A program made the translations under genes and the position numbers. A DNA stretch of 64,000 nt from Eledone cirrhosa (Eukaryota): assembly GCA_964016885.1 (NCBI GenBank), contig OZ024743.1:142042001-142106000 (forward strand), written 5' to 3'. This document shows positions 38,601 to 52,200 of the stretch, piece after piece (within the stretch, counting starts at the first letter, position 1; the number at the start of each line of letters is the position of its first letter). The notes beneath the pieces were generated by a model. The model was given only the letters and a program-made list of their open reading frames with translations. It searched no databases and was not told the origin of the DNA.

Positions 38601-41600
38601 TTGGTGCTTGGTGCTTGGTGTTTGGTGCTTGGTGGCTGGTGCGTGGTGTTTGTTGCTTGGTGCTTGGTGTTTGGTGTTTGGTGCTTGGTGTTTGGTGCTT
38701 GGTGCTTGGTGTTAGGTGTTAGGTGTTTGGTGCTTGGTGCTTGGTGCTTGGTGTTTGGTGTTTGGTGTTTGGCGCTTGCTGCTTGCTGCTTGGTGTTTGG
38801 TGCTTGGTGATTGGTGATTAGTGTTTGGTGCTTGGTGCTTGGGGTTTGGTGTTTGGTGCTTGGTGCTTGGTGTTTGGTGCTTGGTGTTTGGGGTTTGGTG
38901 CTTGGTGTTTGGTGCTTGGTGCTTGGTGCTGGGTGGTTGGTGTTTGGTGCTTGGTGCTTGGTGTTTGGTGCTTGGTGCTTGGTGTTTGGTGCTTGGCGCT
39001 TGGTGCTTGGTCTTTGGTGCTTGGTGATTAGTGTTTGGTGCTTGGTGCTTGGGGTTTGGTGTTTGGTGCTTGGTGCTTGGTGTTTGGTGCTTGGTGCTTG
39101 GTGTTTGGTGCTTGGTGTTTGGTTTTTGCTGTTTGGTGTCTGGTGTTTGCTGTTTGCTGTTTGCTGTTTGGTGTCTGCTTTTTGGTGTTTGGTGTTTGCT
39201 GTATCGTGTTTGATGTTTCGTGTTTATTGTTTGCTGTTTGGTGTTTGGTGTTTGGTGTTTGGTGTTTCCTGTTTGGTGTTTAGTCTTTGGTGCTTGGTGT
39301 TTGGTGCTTGGTGCTTGGTGTTTGGTGTTTGGTGCTTGGTGCTTGGTGTTTGGTGCTTGGTGCTTGTTGTTTGGTGATTGGTGCTTGGTGCTTGGTGTTT
39401 GGTGTTTGGTGCTTGGGGCTTGGTGTTTGGTGCTTGGTGCTTGGTGCTTGGTGCTTGGTGCTTGGTGTTTGGTGTTTGATGATTGGTGTTTGGTGTTTGG
39501 TGTTTGGTGCTTGGTGCTTGGTGTTTGGTGTTTGATGCTTCCTGCTTGATGCTTGGTGCTTGGTGCTTGGTGTTTGGTGCTTGGTGCTTGGTGTTTGGTG
39601 CTTGGTACTTGGTGTTTGGTTCTTGGTGTTTGCTGTTTGCTGTTTGGTGTTTGGTGTTTGCTGTTTGCTGTTTGGTGTCTGCTTTTTGGTGTTTGTTGTT
39701 TGCTCTATGGTGTTTGCTGTTTCATGTTTGGTGTTTGCTGTTTGGTGTTTGTTGTTTGGTGTTTGGTGCTTGGTGTTTGGTGCTTGGTGCTTGGTGTTTG
39801 GTGCTAGGTGCTTGGTGCTTGGTGCTTGGTGTTTGGTGTTTGGTGCTTGGTACTTGGGGCTTGGTGTTTGGTGCTTGGTGCTTCGTGCTTGGTGTTTGGT
39901 GCTTGGTGCTTGGTGTTTGGTGTTTGGTGCTTGGTGCCTGGTGCTTGTTGTTTGGTGATTGGTGCTTGGTGTTTGCTGTTTGGTGCTGCGTGCTCGGTGC
40001 TTGGTGCTTGGTGCTTGGTGCTTGGTGTTTTGTGTTTGGTGTTTGATGCTTGGTGTTTGGTGTTTGGTGCTTGGAGCTTGGTGTTTGGTGTTTGATGCTT
40101 GGTGCTTGATGCTTGGTGCTTGGTGCTTGGTGTTTGGTGCTTGGTGCTTGGTGTTTGTACTTGGTGTTTGGTGCTTGGTGTTTGGAGCTTGGTGCTTGGT
40201 GTTTGGTGCATGGTGCTTGGTGTTTGGTGTTTGGTGCTTGGTGTTTGGTGCTTGGTGCTTGGTGCTTGGTGTTAGGTGTTTGGTGCTTCATGCCTGGTGC
40301 TTGGTGTTTGGTGCTTGGTGCTTGGTGTTTGGTGCTTGGTGGCTGGTGCGTGGTGTTTGTTGCTTGGTGCTTGGTGTTTGGTGTTTGGTGCTTGGTGTTT
40401 GGTGCTTGGTGCTTGGTGTTAGGTGTTAGGTGTTTGGTGCTTGGTGCTTGGTGCTTGGTGTTTGGTGTTTGGTGTTTGGCGCTTGCTGCTTGCTGCTTGG
40501 TGTTTGGTGCTTGGTGATTGGTGCTTGGTGTTTGGTGCTTGGTGCTTGGTGTTTGGTGCTAGGTGCTTGGTGCTTGGTGCTTGGTGTTTGGTGTTTGGTG
40601 CTTGGTACTTGGGGCTTGGTGTTTGGTGCTTGGTGCTTCATGTTTGGTGTTTGGTGCTTGGTGCTTGGTGTTTGGTGTTTTGTGCTTGGTGTTTGGTGCT
40701 TGGTGCTTGGTGCTTGGTGCTTGGTGTTTGGTGCTTGGTGCTTGGTGCTTGGTGTTTGGTGATTGGTGTTTGGTGTTTGGTGCTTGGTGCTTGGTGTTTG
40801 GTGCTTGGTGCTTGGTGATTAGTGTTTGGTGCTTGGTGCTTGGGGTTTGGTGTTTGGTGCTTCGTGCTTGGTGCTTGGTGCTTGGTTCTTGGTGTTTGGT
40901 GCTTGGTGCTTGGTGCTTGGTGTTTGGTGCTTGGTGCTTGGTGTTTGGTGCTTGGTGTTTGGTGCTTGGTGTTTGGTGCTTGGTGCTCGGTGCTTGGTGC
41001 TTGGTGCTTGGTGTTTGGTGCTTGGTGTTTGGTGCTTGGTGTTAGGAGTTTGGTGCTTGGTGCTTGGTGTTTGGTGTTTGGTGCTTGGTATTTGGTGCTT
41101 AGTGCTTGGTGTTAGGAGTTTGGTGCTTGGTGCTTGGTGCTTGGTGTTTGGTGCTTGGTGGCTGGTGCGTGGTGTTTGTTGCTTGGTGCTTGGTGTTTGG
41201 TGTTTGGTGCTTGGTGTTTGGTGCTTGGTGCTTGGTGTTAGGTGTTAGGTGTTTGGTGCTTGGTGCTTGGTGCTTGGTGTTTGGTGTTTGGTGTTTGGCG
41301 CTTGCTGCTTGCTGCTTGGTGTTTGGTGCTTGGTGATTGGTGATTAGTGTTTGGTGCTTGGTGCTTGGGGTTTGGTGTTTGGTGCTTGGTGCTTGGTGTT
41401 TGGTGCTTGGTGTTTGGGGTTTGGTGCTTGGTGTTTGGTGCTTGGTGCTTGGTGCTGGGTGGTTGGTGTTTGGTGCTTGGTGCTTGGTGTTTGGTGCTTG
41501 GTGCTTGGTGTTTGGTGCTTGGCGCTTGGTGCTTGGTCTTTGGTGCTTGGTGATTAGTGTTTGGTGCTTGGTGCTTGGGGTTTGGTGTTTGGTGCTTGGT

Positions 41601-43630
41601 GCTTGGTGTTTGGTGCTTGGTGCTTGGTGTTTGGTGCTTGGTGTTTGGTTTTTGCTGTTTGGTGTCTGGTGTTTGCTGTTTGCTGTTTGCTGTTTGGTGT
41701 CTGCTTTTTGGTGTTTGGTGTTTGCTGTATCGTGTTTGATGTTTCGTGTTTATTGTTTGCTGTTTGGTGTTTGGTGTTTGGTGTTTGGTGTTTCCTGTTT
41801 GGTGTTTAGTCTTTGGTGCTTGGTGTTTGGTGCTTGGTGCTTGGTGTTTGGTGTTTGGTGCTTGGTGCTTGGTGTTTGGTGCTTGGTGCTTGTTGTTTGG
41901 TGATTGGTGCTTGGTGCTTGGTGTTTGGTGTTTGGTGCTTGGGGCTTGGTGTTTGGTGCTTGGTGCTTGGTGCTTGGTGCTTGGTGCTTGGTGTTTGGTG
42001 TTTGATGATTGGTGTTTGGTGTTTGGTGTTTGGTGCTTGGTGCTTGGTGTTTGGTGTTTGATGCTTCCTGCTTGATGCTTGGTGCTTGGTGCTTGGTGTT
42101 TGGTGCTTGGTGCTTGGTGTTTGGTGCTTGGTACTTGGTGTTTGGTTCTTGGTGTTTGCTGTTTGCTGTTTGGTGTTTGGTGTTTGCTGTTTGCTGTTTG
42201 GTGTCTGCTTTTTGGTGTTTGTTGTTTGCTCTATGGTGTTTGCTGTTTCATGTTTGGTGTTTGCTGTTTGGTGTTTGTTGTTTGGTGTTTGGTGCTTGGT
42301 GTTTGGTGCTTGGTGCTTGGTGTTTGGTGCTAGGTGCTTGGTGCTTGGTGCTTGGTGTTTGGTGTTTGGTGCTTGGTACTTGGGGCTTGGTGTTTGGTGC
42401 TTGGTGCTTCGTGCTTGGTGTTTGGTGCTTGGTGCTTGGTGTTTGGTGTTTGGTGCTTGGTGCCTGGTGCTTGTTGTTTGGTGATTGGTGCTTGGTGTTT
42501 GCTGTTTGGTGCTGCGTGCTCGGTGCTTGGTGCTTGGTGCTTGGTGCTTGGTGTTTTGTGTTTGGTGTTTGATGCTTGGTGTTTGGTGTTTGGTGCTTGG
42601 AGCTTGGTGTTTGGTGTTTGATGCTTGGTGCTTGATGCTTGGTGCTTGGTGCTTGGTGTTTGGTGCTTGGTGCTTGGTGTTTGTACTTGGTGTTTGGTGC
42701 TTGGTGTTTGGAGCTTGGTGCTTGGTGTTTGGTGCATGGTGCTTGGTGTTTGGTGTTTGGTGCTTGGTGTTTGGTGCTTGGTGCTTGGTGCTTGGTGTTA
42801 GGTGTTTGGTGCTTCATGCCTGGTGCTTGGTGTTTGGTGCTTGGTGCTTGGTGTTTGGTGCTTGGTGGCTGGTGCGTGGTGTTTGTTGCTTGGTGCTTGG
42901 TGTTTGGTGTTTGGTGCTTGGTGTTTGGTGCTTGGTGCTTGGTGTTAGGTGTTAGGTGTTTGGTGCTTGGTGCTTGGTGCTTGGTGTTTGGTGTTTGGTG
43001 TTTGGCGCTTGCTGCTTGCTGCTTGGTGTTTGGTGCTTGGTGATTGGTGCTTGGTGTTTGGTGCTTGGTGCTTGGTGTTTGGTGCTAGGTGCTTGGTGCT
43101 TGGTGCTTGGTGTTTGGTGTTTGGTGCTTGGTACTTGGGGCTTGGTGTTTGGTGCTTGGTGCTTCATGTTTGGTGTTTGGTGCTTGGTGCTTGGTGTTTG
43201 GTGTTTTGTGCTTGGTGTTTGGTGCTTGGTGCTTGGTGCTTGGTGCTTGGTGTTTGGTGCTTGGTGCTTGGTGCTTGGTGTTTGGTGATTGGTGTTTGGT
43301 GTTTGGTGCTTGGTGCTTGGTGTTTGGTGCTTGGTGCTTGGTGATTAGTGTTTGGTGCTTGGTGCTTGGGGTTTGGTGTTTGGTGCTTCGTGCTTGGTGC
43401 TTGGTGCTTGGTTCTTGGTGTTTGGTGCTTGGTGCTTGGTGCTTGGTGTTTGGTGCTTGGTGCTTGGTGTTTGGTGCTTGGTGTTTGGTGCTTGGTGTTT
43501 GGTGCTTGGTGCTCGGTGCTTGGTGCTTGGTGCTTGGTGTTTGGTGCTTGGTGTTTGGTGCTTGGTGTTAGGAGTTTGGTGCTTGGTGCTTGGTGTTTGG
43601 TGTTTGGTGCTTGGTATTTGGTGCTTAGTG
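37800..43630 (+). repeat. Near-perfect 2526-bp tandem HOR, about 2.3 copies, with a related 2624-offset copy upstream from about 36.3 kb
   Basis: Identical ORFs at 37897/40423/42949, 38037/40563/43089, 38811/41337 and 39483/42009. Private variant TGGCTGG at 37815/40341/42867 and TTGTAC at 40155/42681 are all 2526 apart. Confidence 0.95.
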
Positions 43631-43959
43631 CTTGGTGTTTGGTGTTTGGTGCTTGGTGTTTGGTGCTTGCTACGTGGTGCTTGGTGCTTGGTGTTAGGTG
43701 TTTGGTGCTTGGTGCGTGGTGTTTGGTTTTTGGTGCTTGGTGCTGGCTGCTTGGTGTTTGGTGCTTGGTGATTGGTGCTTGGTGTTTGGTGCTTGGTGTT
43801 TGGTGTTTGGTGCTAGGTGCTTGGTGCTTGGTGTTTGGTGATGATTGGTGCTTGGTGTTTGGTGTTTGGTGCTTGGTGCTTGGTGTTTGGTGCTTGGTGC
43901 TGGGTGGTTGGTGTTTGGTGATTGGTGCTTGGTCTTTGGTGCTTGGTGTTTGTTGTTTG

Positions 43960-46900
43960 GTGCTTGGTGCTTGGTGCTTGGTGTTTGGTGCTTGGTGCTT
44001 GGTGTTTGGTGCTTGGTGCTTAGTGTTTGGTGCTAGGTGCTTGGGGTTTGGTGTTTAGTGCTTGGTGCTTGGTGTTTGGTGCTTGGTGCTTGGTGCTTGG
44101 TCTTTGGTGTTTGGTGTTTAGTGCTTGGTGCTTGGTGCTTGGTGTTTGGTGCTTGGTGCTTGGTGCATTGTGATTAGTGTTTGGTGCTTGGTGCTTGGGG
44201 TTTGGTGTTTGGTGCTTGGTGCTTGGTGTTTGGTGATTGGTACTTGGTGTTTGGTGCTTGGTGTTTGCTGTTTGCTGTTTGGTGTTTTTGGTGTTTGCTG
44301 TTTGCTGTTTGGTGTCTGCTTTTTGGTGTTTGGTCTTTGGTGCTTGGTCTTTGGTGCTTGGTGTTTGGTGCTTGGTGCTTGGTGTTTGGTGTTTGGTGCT
44401 TGGTGAGTGGTGCTTGTTGTTTGGTGATTGGTGCTTGGTGTTTGCTGTTTGGTGTTTGGTGTTTGGTGTTTGCTGTTTGGTGTTTGGTGCTTGGTGCTTG
44501 GTGCTTGGTGTTTGGTGCTTGGTGCTTTGTGTTTGGTGCTTGGTGCTTGGTGTTTGGTGCTTGGTGCCTGGTGCTTGTTGTTTGGTGATTGGTGCTTGGT
44601 GTTTGCTGTTTGGTGTTTGGTGTTTGGTGTTTGCTGTTTGGTGTTTGGTGCTGGGTGCTTGGTGTTTGGTGTTTGATGCTTGGTGTTTGATGCTTGGTGC
44701 TTGGTGCTTGGTGTTTGGTGTTTGGTGTTTGCTCTTTGGTGTTTGGTGCTTGGTGCTTGGTGCTTGGTGTTTGGTGCTTGGTGCTTGGTGTTTGGTGCTT
44801 GGTGCTTGATGGTTGGTGTTTGTACTTGGTGCTTGGTGCTTGGTGTTTTGTGCTTGATTCTTGGTGTTTGGTGCTTGGTGTTTGCTGCTTAGTGCTTGGT
44901 GTTTGGTGTTTTGTGCTTGGTGTTTGGTGCTTGGTGCTTGGTGCTTGGTGTTAAGTGTTTGGTGCTTGGTGTTTGATGTTTGGTGCTTCATGCTTGGTGC
45001 TTGGTGTTTGGTGCTTGGTGCCTGGTGCATGGTGTTTGGTGCTTGATGCTTGGTGTTTGGTGTTTGGTGCTTGGTGTTTGGTGCTTGGTGCTTGTTGCTT
45101 GGTGTTAGGTGTTAGGTGATTGATGCTTGGTGCTTGGTGTTTGGTGTTTGGTGTTTGGTGTTTGCTGTTTGGTGTTTGGTCTTTGGTGCTTGGTCTTTGG
45201 TGCATGGTGTTTGGTGCTTGGTGCTTGGTGTTTGGTGCTTGGTGCCTGGTGCTTGTTGTTTGGTGATTGGTGCTTGGTCTTTCCTGTTTGGTGTTTGGTG
45301 TTTGGTGTTTGTTGTTTTGTGTTTGGTGCTTGGTGCTTGGTGCTTGGTGTTTGGTGCTTGGTGCTTGGTGTTTGGTGCTTGGTGCTTGATGCTTGGTGTT
45401 TGTACTTGGTGCTTGGTGCATGGTGTTTTGTGCTTGATTCTTGGTGTTTGGTGCTTGGTGTTTGGTGATTAGTGCTTGGTGTTTGGTGTTTGGTGCTTGG
45501 TGTTTGGTGATTGGTGCTTGGTGCTTGGTATTTGGTGTTTGGTGCTTCATGCTTGGTGCTTGGTGTTTGGTGCTTGGTGCTTGGTGTTTGGTGCTTGGTG
45601 CCTGGTGCATGGTGTTTGGTGCTTGATGCTTGGTGTTTGGTGTTTGGTGCTTGGTGTTTGGTGCTTGGTGCTTGGTGCTTGGTGTTAGGTGTTAGGTGTT
45701 TGGTGATTGGTGCTTGGTGTTTGGTGCTTGGTGCTTGATGTTTGGTGCTTGGTGCTTGGTGTTTGGTGCTTGGTGTTTGGTGCTTGGTACTTGGGGTTTG
45801 GTGTTTGGTGCTTGGTGCTTGGTGCTTGGTGTTTGGTGCTTGGTGCTTGGTGTTTGGTGTTTGGTGCTTGGTGTTTGGTGCTTGGTGCTTGGTGCTGGGT
45901 GGTTGGTGTTTGGTGCTTGGTGCTTGGTGTTTGGTGCTTGGCGCTTGGTGCTTGGTGTTTGGTGCTTGGTGATTAGTGTTTGGTGCTTGGTGCTTGGGGT
46001 TTGGTGTTTGGTGCTTGGTGCTTGGTGTTTGGTGCTTGGTGCTCGGTGTTTGGTGCTTGGTGTTTGGTTTTTGCTGTTTGGTGTTTGGTGTTTGCTGTTT
46101 GGTGTCTGCTTTCTGGTGTTTGGTGTTTGCTGTATCGTGTTTGCTGTTTCGTGTATATTGTTTGCTGTTTGGTGTTTGTTGTTTGGTGTTTGGTGTTTCC
46201 TGTTTGGTGTTTAGTCTTTGGTGTTTGGTGTTTGGTGCTTGGTGCTTGGTGTTTGGTGTTTGGTGCTTGGGGCTTGGTGTTTGGTGCTGCGTGCTTGGTG
46301 CTTGGTGCTTGGTGCTTGTTGTTTGGTGTTTGATGATTGGTGTTTGGTGTTTGGTGTTTGGTGCTTGGCGCTTGGTGTTTGGTGCTTGGTACTTGGTGTT
46401 TGGTGCTTGGTGTTTGCTGTTTGCTGTTTGGTGTTTGGTGTTTGCTGTTTGCTGTTTTGTGTCTGCTTTTTGGTGTTTGTTGTTTGCTCTATGGTGTTTG
46501 CTGTTTCATGTTTGGTGTTTGCTGTTTGGTGTTTGGTGTTTGCTGTTTGGTGTTTGGTGCTTGGTGTTTGGTGCTTGGTGCTTGTTGTTTGGTGATTGGT
46601 GCTTGGTGCTTGGTGTTTGCTGTTTGGTGCTTGGGGCTTGGTGTTTGGTGCTGCGTGCTTGGTGCTTGGTGCTTGGTGTTTGGTGTTTGATGATTGGCGT
46701 TTGGTGTTTGGTGTTTGGTGCTTGGTGCTTGGTGTTTGGTGTTTGATGCTTGCTGCTTCATGCTTGGTGCTTGGTGCTTGGTGTTTGGTGCTTGGTGCTT
46801 GGTGTTTGGTGCTTGGTACTTGGTGTTTGGTGCTTGGTGTTTGTTGTTTGGTGCTTGGTGCTTGGTGCTTGGTGTTTGGTGCTTGGTGCTTGGTGTTTGG

Positions 46901-48720
46901 TGCTTGGTGCTTAGTGTTTGGTGCTAGGTGCTTGGGGTTTGGTGTTTAGTGCTTGGTGCTTGGTGTTTGGTGCTTGGTGCTTGGTGCTTGGTCTTTGGTG
47001 TTTGGTGTTTAGTGCTTGGTGCTTGGTGCTTGGTGTTTGGTGCTTGGTGCTTGGTGCATTGTGATTAGTGTTTGGTGCTTGGTGCTTGGGGTTTGGTGTT
47101 TGGTGCTTGGTGCTTGGTGTTTGGTGATTGGTACTTGGTGTTTGGTGCTTGGTGTTTGCTGTTTGCTGTTTGCTGTTTTTGGTGTTTGCTGTTTGCTGTT
47201 TGGTGTCTGCTTTTTGGTGTTTGGTCTTTGGTGCTTGGTCTTTGGTGCTTGGTGTTTGGTGCTTGGTGCTTGGTGTTTGGTGTTTGGTGCTTGGTGACTG
47301 GTGCTTGTTGTTTGGTGATTGGTGCTTGGTGTTTGCTGTTTGGTGTTTGTTGTTTGGTGTTTGCTGTTTGGTGTTTGGTGCTTGGTGCTTGGTGCTTGGT
47401 GTTTGGTGCTTGGTGCTTGGTGTTTGGTGCTTGGTGCTTGGTGTTTGGTGCTTGGTGCCTGGTGCTTGTTGTTTGGTGATTGGTGCTTGGTGTTTGCTGT
47501 TTGGTGTTTGGTGTTTGGTGTTTGCTGTTTGGTGTTTGGTGTTTGGTGTTTGCTCTTTGGTGTTTGGTGCTTGGTGTTTGATGCTTGGTGCTTGGTGCTT
47601 GGTGTTTGGTGTTTGGTGTTTGCTGTTTGGTGTTTGGTGCTTGGTGCTTGGTGCTTGGTGTTTGGTGCTTGGTGCTTGGTGTTTGGTGCTTGGTGCTTGA
47701 TGGTTGGTGTTTGTACTTGGTGCTTGGTGCTTGGTGTTTTGTGCTTGATTCTTGGTGTTTGGTGCTTGGTGTTTGCTGCTTAGTGCTTGGTGTTTGGTGT
47801 TTGGTGCTTGGTGTTTGGTGCTTGGTGCTTGGTGCTTCGTGTTAAGTGTTTGGTGCTTGGTGTTTGATGTTTGGTGCTTCATGCTTGGTGCTTGGTGCTT
47901 GGTGCTTGGTGCTTGGTGTTAGGTGTTAGGTGTTTGATGCTTGGTGCTTGGTGTTTGGTGTTTGTTGTTTGGTGTTTGCTGTTTGGTCTTTGGTGTTTGG
48001 TGCTTGGTCTTTGGTGCATGGTGTTTGGTGCTTGGTGCTTGGTGTTTGGTGCTTGGTGCCTGGTGCTTGTTGTTTGGTGATTGGTGCTTGGTGTTTCCTG
48101 TTTGGTGTTTGGTGTTTGGTGTTTGCTGTTTTGTGTTTGGTGCTTGGTGCTTGGTGCTTGGTGTTTGGTGCTTGGTGCTTGGTTTTTGGTGCTTGGTGCT
48201 TGATGCTTGGTGTTTGTACTTGGTGCTTGGTGCATGGTGTTTGGTGCTTGATTCTTGGTGTTTGGTGCTTGGTGTTTGGTGATTAGTGCTTGGTGTTTGG
48301 TGTTTGGTGCTTGGTGTTTGGTGCTTGGTGCTTGGTGCCTGGTGTTTGGTGTTTGATGCTTCATGCTTGGTGCTTGGTGTTTGGTGCTTGGTGCTTGGTG
48401 TTTGGTGCTTGGTGCCTGGTGCATGGTGTTTGGTGCTTGATGCTTGGTGTTTGGTGTTTGGTGCTTGGTGTTTGGTGCTTGGTGCTTGGTGCTTGGTGTT
48501 AGGTGTTAGGTGTTTGGTGATTGGTGCTTGGTGTTTGGTGCTTGGTGTTTGGTGCTTGGTACTTGGGGCTTGGTGTTTGGTGCTTGGTGCTTGGTGCTTG
48601 GTGTTTGGTGCTTGGTGCTTGGTGTTTGGTGTTTGGTGCTTGGTGTTTGGTGCTTGGTGCTTGGTGCTGGGTGGTTGGTGTTTGGTGCTTGGTGCTTGGT
48701 GTTTGGTGCTTGGCGCTTGG
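43960..48720 (+). repeat. About 2.9 kb tandem HOR (offset 2891 bp, decreasing to about 2.8 kb)
   Basis: ORFs 44125/47016, 44181/47072, 44237/47128 and 44694/47585. TTAAGTG marker at about 44951/47842. 2891 = 413 x 7. Confidence 0.85.
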
Positions 48721-49299
48721 TGCTTGGTGCTTGGTGCTTGGTGCTTGGTGCTTGGTGCTTGGTGTTTTGTGTTTGGTGTTTGATGCTTGGAGTTTGGTGT
48801 TTGGTGCTTGGTGCTTGGTGTTTGGTGTTTGATGCTTGGTGCTTGATGCTTGGTGCTTGGTGCTTGGTGTTTGGTGCTTGGTGCTTGGTGTTTGTACTTG
48901 GTGTTTGGTGCTTGGTGTTTGGAGCTTGGTGCTTGGTGTTTGGTGCTTGGTGCTTGGTGTTTGGTGTTTGGTGCTTGGTGTTTGGTGCTTGGTGCTTGGT
49001 GCTTGGTGTTAGGTGTTTGGTGCTTCATGCCTGGTGCTTGGTGTTTGGTGCTTGGTGCATGGTGTTTGGTGCTTGGTGCCTGGTGCGTGGTGTTTGTTGC
49101 TTGGTGCTTGGTGTTTGGTGTTTGGTGCTTGGTGTTTGGTGCTTGGTGCTTGGTGTTAGGTGTTAGGTGTTTGGTGCTTGGTGCTTGGTGCTTGGTGTTT
49201 GGTGTTTGGTGTTTGGCGCTTGCTGCTTGCTGCTTGGTGTTTGGTGCTTGGTGATTGGTGCTTGGTGTTTGGTGCTTGGTGCTTGGTGTTTGGTGCTAG

Positions 49300-52200
49300 G
49301 TGCTTGGTGCTTGGTGCTTGGTGTTTGGTGTTTGGTGCTTGGTACTTGGGGCTTGGTGTTTGGTGCTTGGTGCTTCGTGTTTGGTGTTTGGTGCTTGGTG
49401 CTTGGTGTTTGGTGTTTGGTGCTTGGTGTTTGGTGCTTGGTGCTTGGTGCTTGGTGCTTGGTGTTTGGTGCTTGGTGCTTGGTGCTTGGTGTTTGGTGAT
49501 TGGTGTTTGGTGTTTGGTGCTTGGTGCTTGGTGTTTGGTGCTTGGTGCTTGGTGATTAGTGTTTGGTGCTTGGTGCTTGGGGTTTGGTGTTTGGTGCTTG
49601 GTGCTTGGTGCTTGGTGCTTGGTTCTTGGTGTTTGGTGCTTGGTGCTTGGTGCTTGGTGTTTGGTGCTTGGTGCTTGGTGTTTGGTGCTTGGTGTTTGGT
49701 GCTTGGTGTTTGGTGCTTGGTGCTTGGTGCTTGGTGCATGGTGCTTGGTGTTTGGTGCTTGGTGTTTGGTGCTTGGTGTTAGGAGTTTGGTGCTTGGTGC
49801 TTGGTGTTTGGTGTTTGGTGCTTGGTATTTGGTGCTTGGTGCTTGGTGTTTGGTGTTTGGTGCTTGGTGTTTGGTGCTTGCTACGTGGTGCTTGGTGCTT
49901 GGTGTTAGGTGTTTGGTGCTTGGTGCGTGGTGTTTGGTTTTTGGTGCTTGGTGCTTGGTGTTTGGTGTTTGGTGCTTGCTGCTGGCTGCTTGGTGTTTGG
50001 TGCTTGGTGATTGGTGCTTGGTGTTTGGTGCTTGGTGTTTGGTGTTTGGTGCTAGGTGCTTGGTGCTTGGTGTTTGGTGATGATTGGTGCTTGGTGTTTG
50101 GTGTTTGGTGCTTGGTGCTTGGTGTTTGGTGCTTGGTGCTGGGTGGTTGGTGTTTGGTGCTTGGTGTTTGGTGCTGGGTGCTTGGTGTTTGGTGCTTGGT
50201 GCTTGGTCTTTGGTGCTTGGTGTTTGGTGTTTGCTCTATGGTGTTTGCTGTTTCATGTTTGGTGTTTGCTGTTTGGTGTTTGGTGTTTGCTGTTTGGTGT
50301 TTGGTCTTTGGTGCTTGGTCTTTGATGCTTGGTGTTTGGTGCTTGGTGCTTGGTGTTTGGTGTTTGGTGCTTGGTGACTGGTGCTTGTTGTTTGGTGATT
50401 GGTGCTTGGTGTTTGCTGTTTGGTGTTTGGTGTTTGGTGTTTGCTGTTTGGTGTTTGGTGCTGGGTGCTTGGTGTTTGGTGTTTGATGCTTGGTGTTTGA
50501 TGCTTGGTGCTTGGTGCTTGGTGTTTGGTTTTTGGTGTTTGCTGTTTGGTGTTTGGTGCTTGGTGCTTGGTGCTTGGTGTTTGGTGCTTGGTGCTTGGTG
50601 TTTGGTGCTTGGTGCTTGATGGTTGGTGTTTGTACTTGGTGCTTGGTGCTTGGTGTTTTGTGCTTGATTCTTGGTGTTTGGTGCTTGGTGTTTGCTGCTT
50701 AGTGCTTGGTGTTTGGTGTTTGGTGCTTGGTGTTTGGTGCTTGGTGCTTGATGCTTGGTGTTAAGTGTTTGGTGCTTGGTGTTTGATGTTTGGTGCTTCA
50801 TGCTTGGTGCTTGGTGTTTGGTGCTTGGTGCCTGGTGCATGGTGTTTGGTGCTTGATGCTTGGTGTTTGGTGTTTGGTGCTTGGTGTTTGGTGCTTGGTG
50901 CTTGGTGCTTGGTGTTAGGTGTTAGGTGTTTGATGCTTGGTGCTTGGTGTTTGGTGTTTGGTGTTTGGTGTTTGCTGTTTGGTGTTTGGTCTTTGGTGCT
51001 TGGTCTTTGGTGCATGGTGTTTGGTGCTTGGTGCTTGGTGTTTGGTGCTTGGTGCCTGGTGCTTGTTGTTTGGTGATTGGTGCTTGGTGTTTCCTGTTTG
51101 GTGTTTGGTGTTTGGTGTTTGCTGTTTTGTGTTTGGTGCTTGGTGCTTGGTGCTTGGTGTTTGGTGCTTGGTGCGTGGTGTTTGGTGCTTGGTGCTTGAT
51201 GCTTGGTGTTTGTACTTGGTGCTTGGTGCATGGTGTTTTGTGCTTGATTCTTGGTGTTTGGTGCTTGGTGTTTGGTGCTTAGTGCTTGGTGTTTGGTGTT
51301 TGGTGCTTGGTGTTTGGTGCTTGGTGCTTGGTGCTTGGTGTTTGGTGTTTGGTGCTTCATGCTTGGTGCTTGGTGTTTGGTGCTTGGTGCTTGGTGTTTG
51401 GTGCTTGGTGCCTGGTGCATGGTGTTTGGTGCTTGATGCTTGGTGTTTGGTGTTTGGTGCTTGGTGTTTGGTGCTTGGTGCTTGGTGCTTGGTGTTAGGT
51501 GTTAGGTGTTTGGTGATTGGTGCTTGGTGTTTGGTGCTTGGTGCTTGATGTTTGGTGCTTGGTGCTTGGTGTTTGGTGCTTGGTGTTTGGTGCTTGGTAC
51601 TTGGGGCTTGGTGTTTGGTGCTTGGTGCTTGGTGCTTGGTGTTTGGTGCTTGGTGCTTGGTGGTTGGTGTTTGGTGCTTGGTGTTTGGTGCTTGGTGCTT
51701 GGTGCTGGGTGGTTGGTGTTTGGTGCTTGGTGCTTGGTGTTTGGTGCTTGGTGGTTGGTGCTTGGTGTTTGGTGCTTGGCGCTTGGTGCTTGGTCTTTGG
51801 TGCTTGGTGTTTGGTGTTTGGTGCTTGGTGCTTGGTGTTTGGTGCTTGGTGATTAGTGTTTGGTGCTTGGTGCTTGGGGTTTGGTGTTTGGTGCTTGGTG
51901 CTTGGTGTTTGGTGCTTGGTGCTTGGTGTTTGGTGCTTGGTGTTTGGTTTTTGCTGTTTGGTGTTTGGTGTTTGCTGTTTGCTGTTTGGTGTCTGCTTTT
52001 TGGTGTTTGGTGTTTGCTGTATCGTGTTTGCTGTTTCGTGTTTATTGTTTGCTGTTTGGTGTTTGTTGTTTGGTGTTTGGTGTTTCCTGTTTGGTGTTTA
52101 GTCTTTGGTGTTTGGTGTTTGGTGCTTGGTGCTTGGTGTTTGGTGTTTGGTGTTTGGGGCTTGGTGTTTGGTGCTGCGTGCTTGGTGCTTGGTGCTTGGT

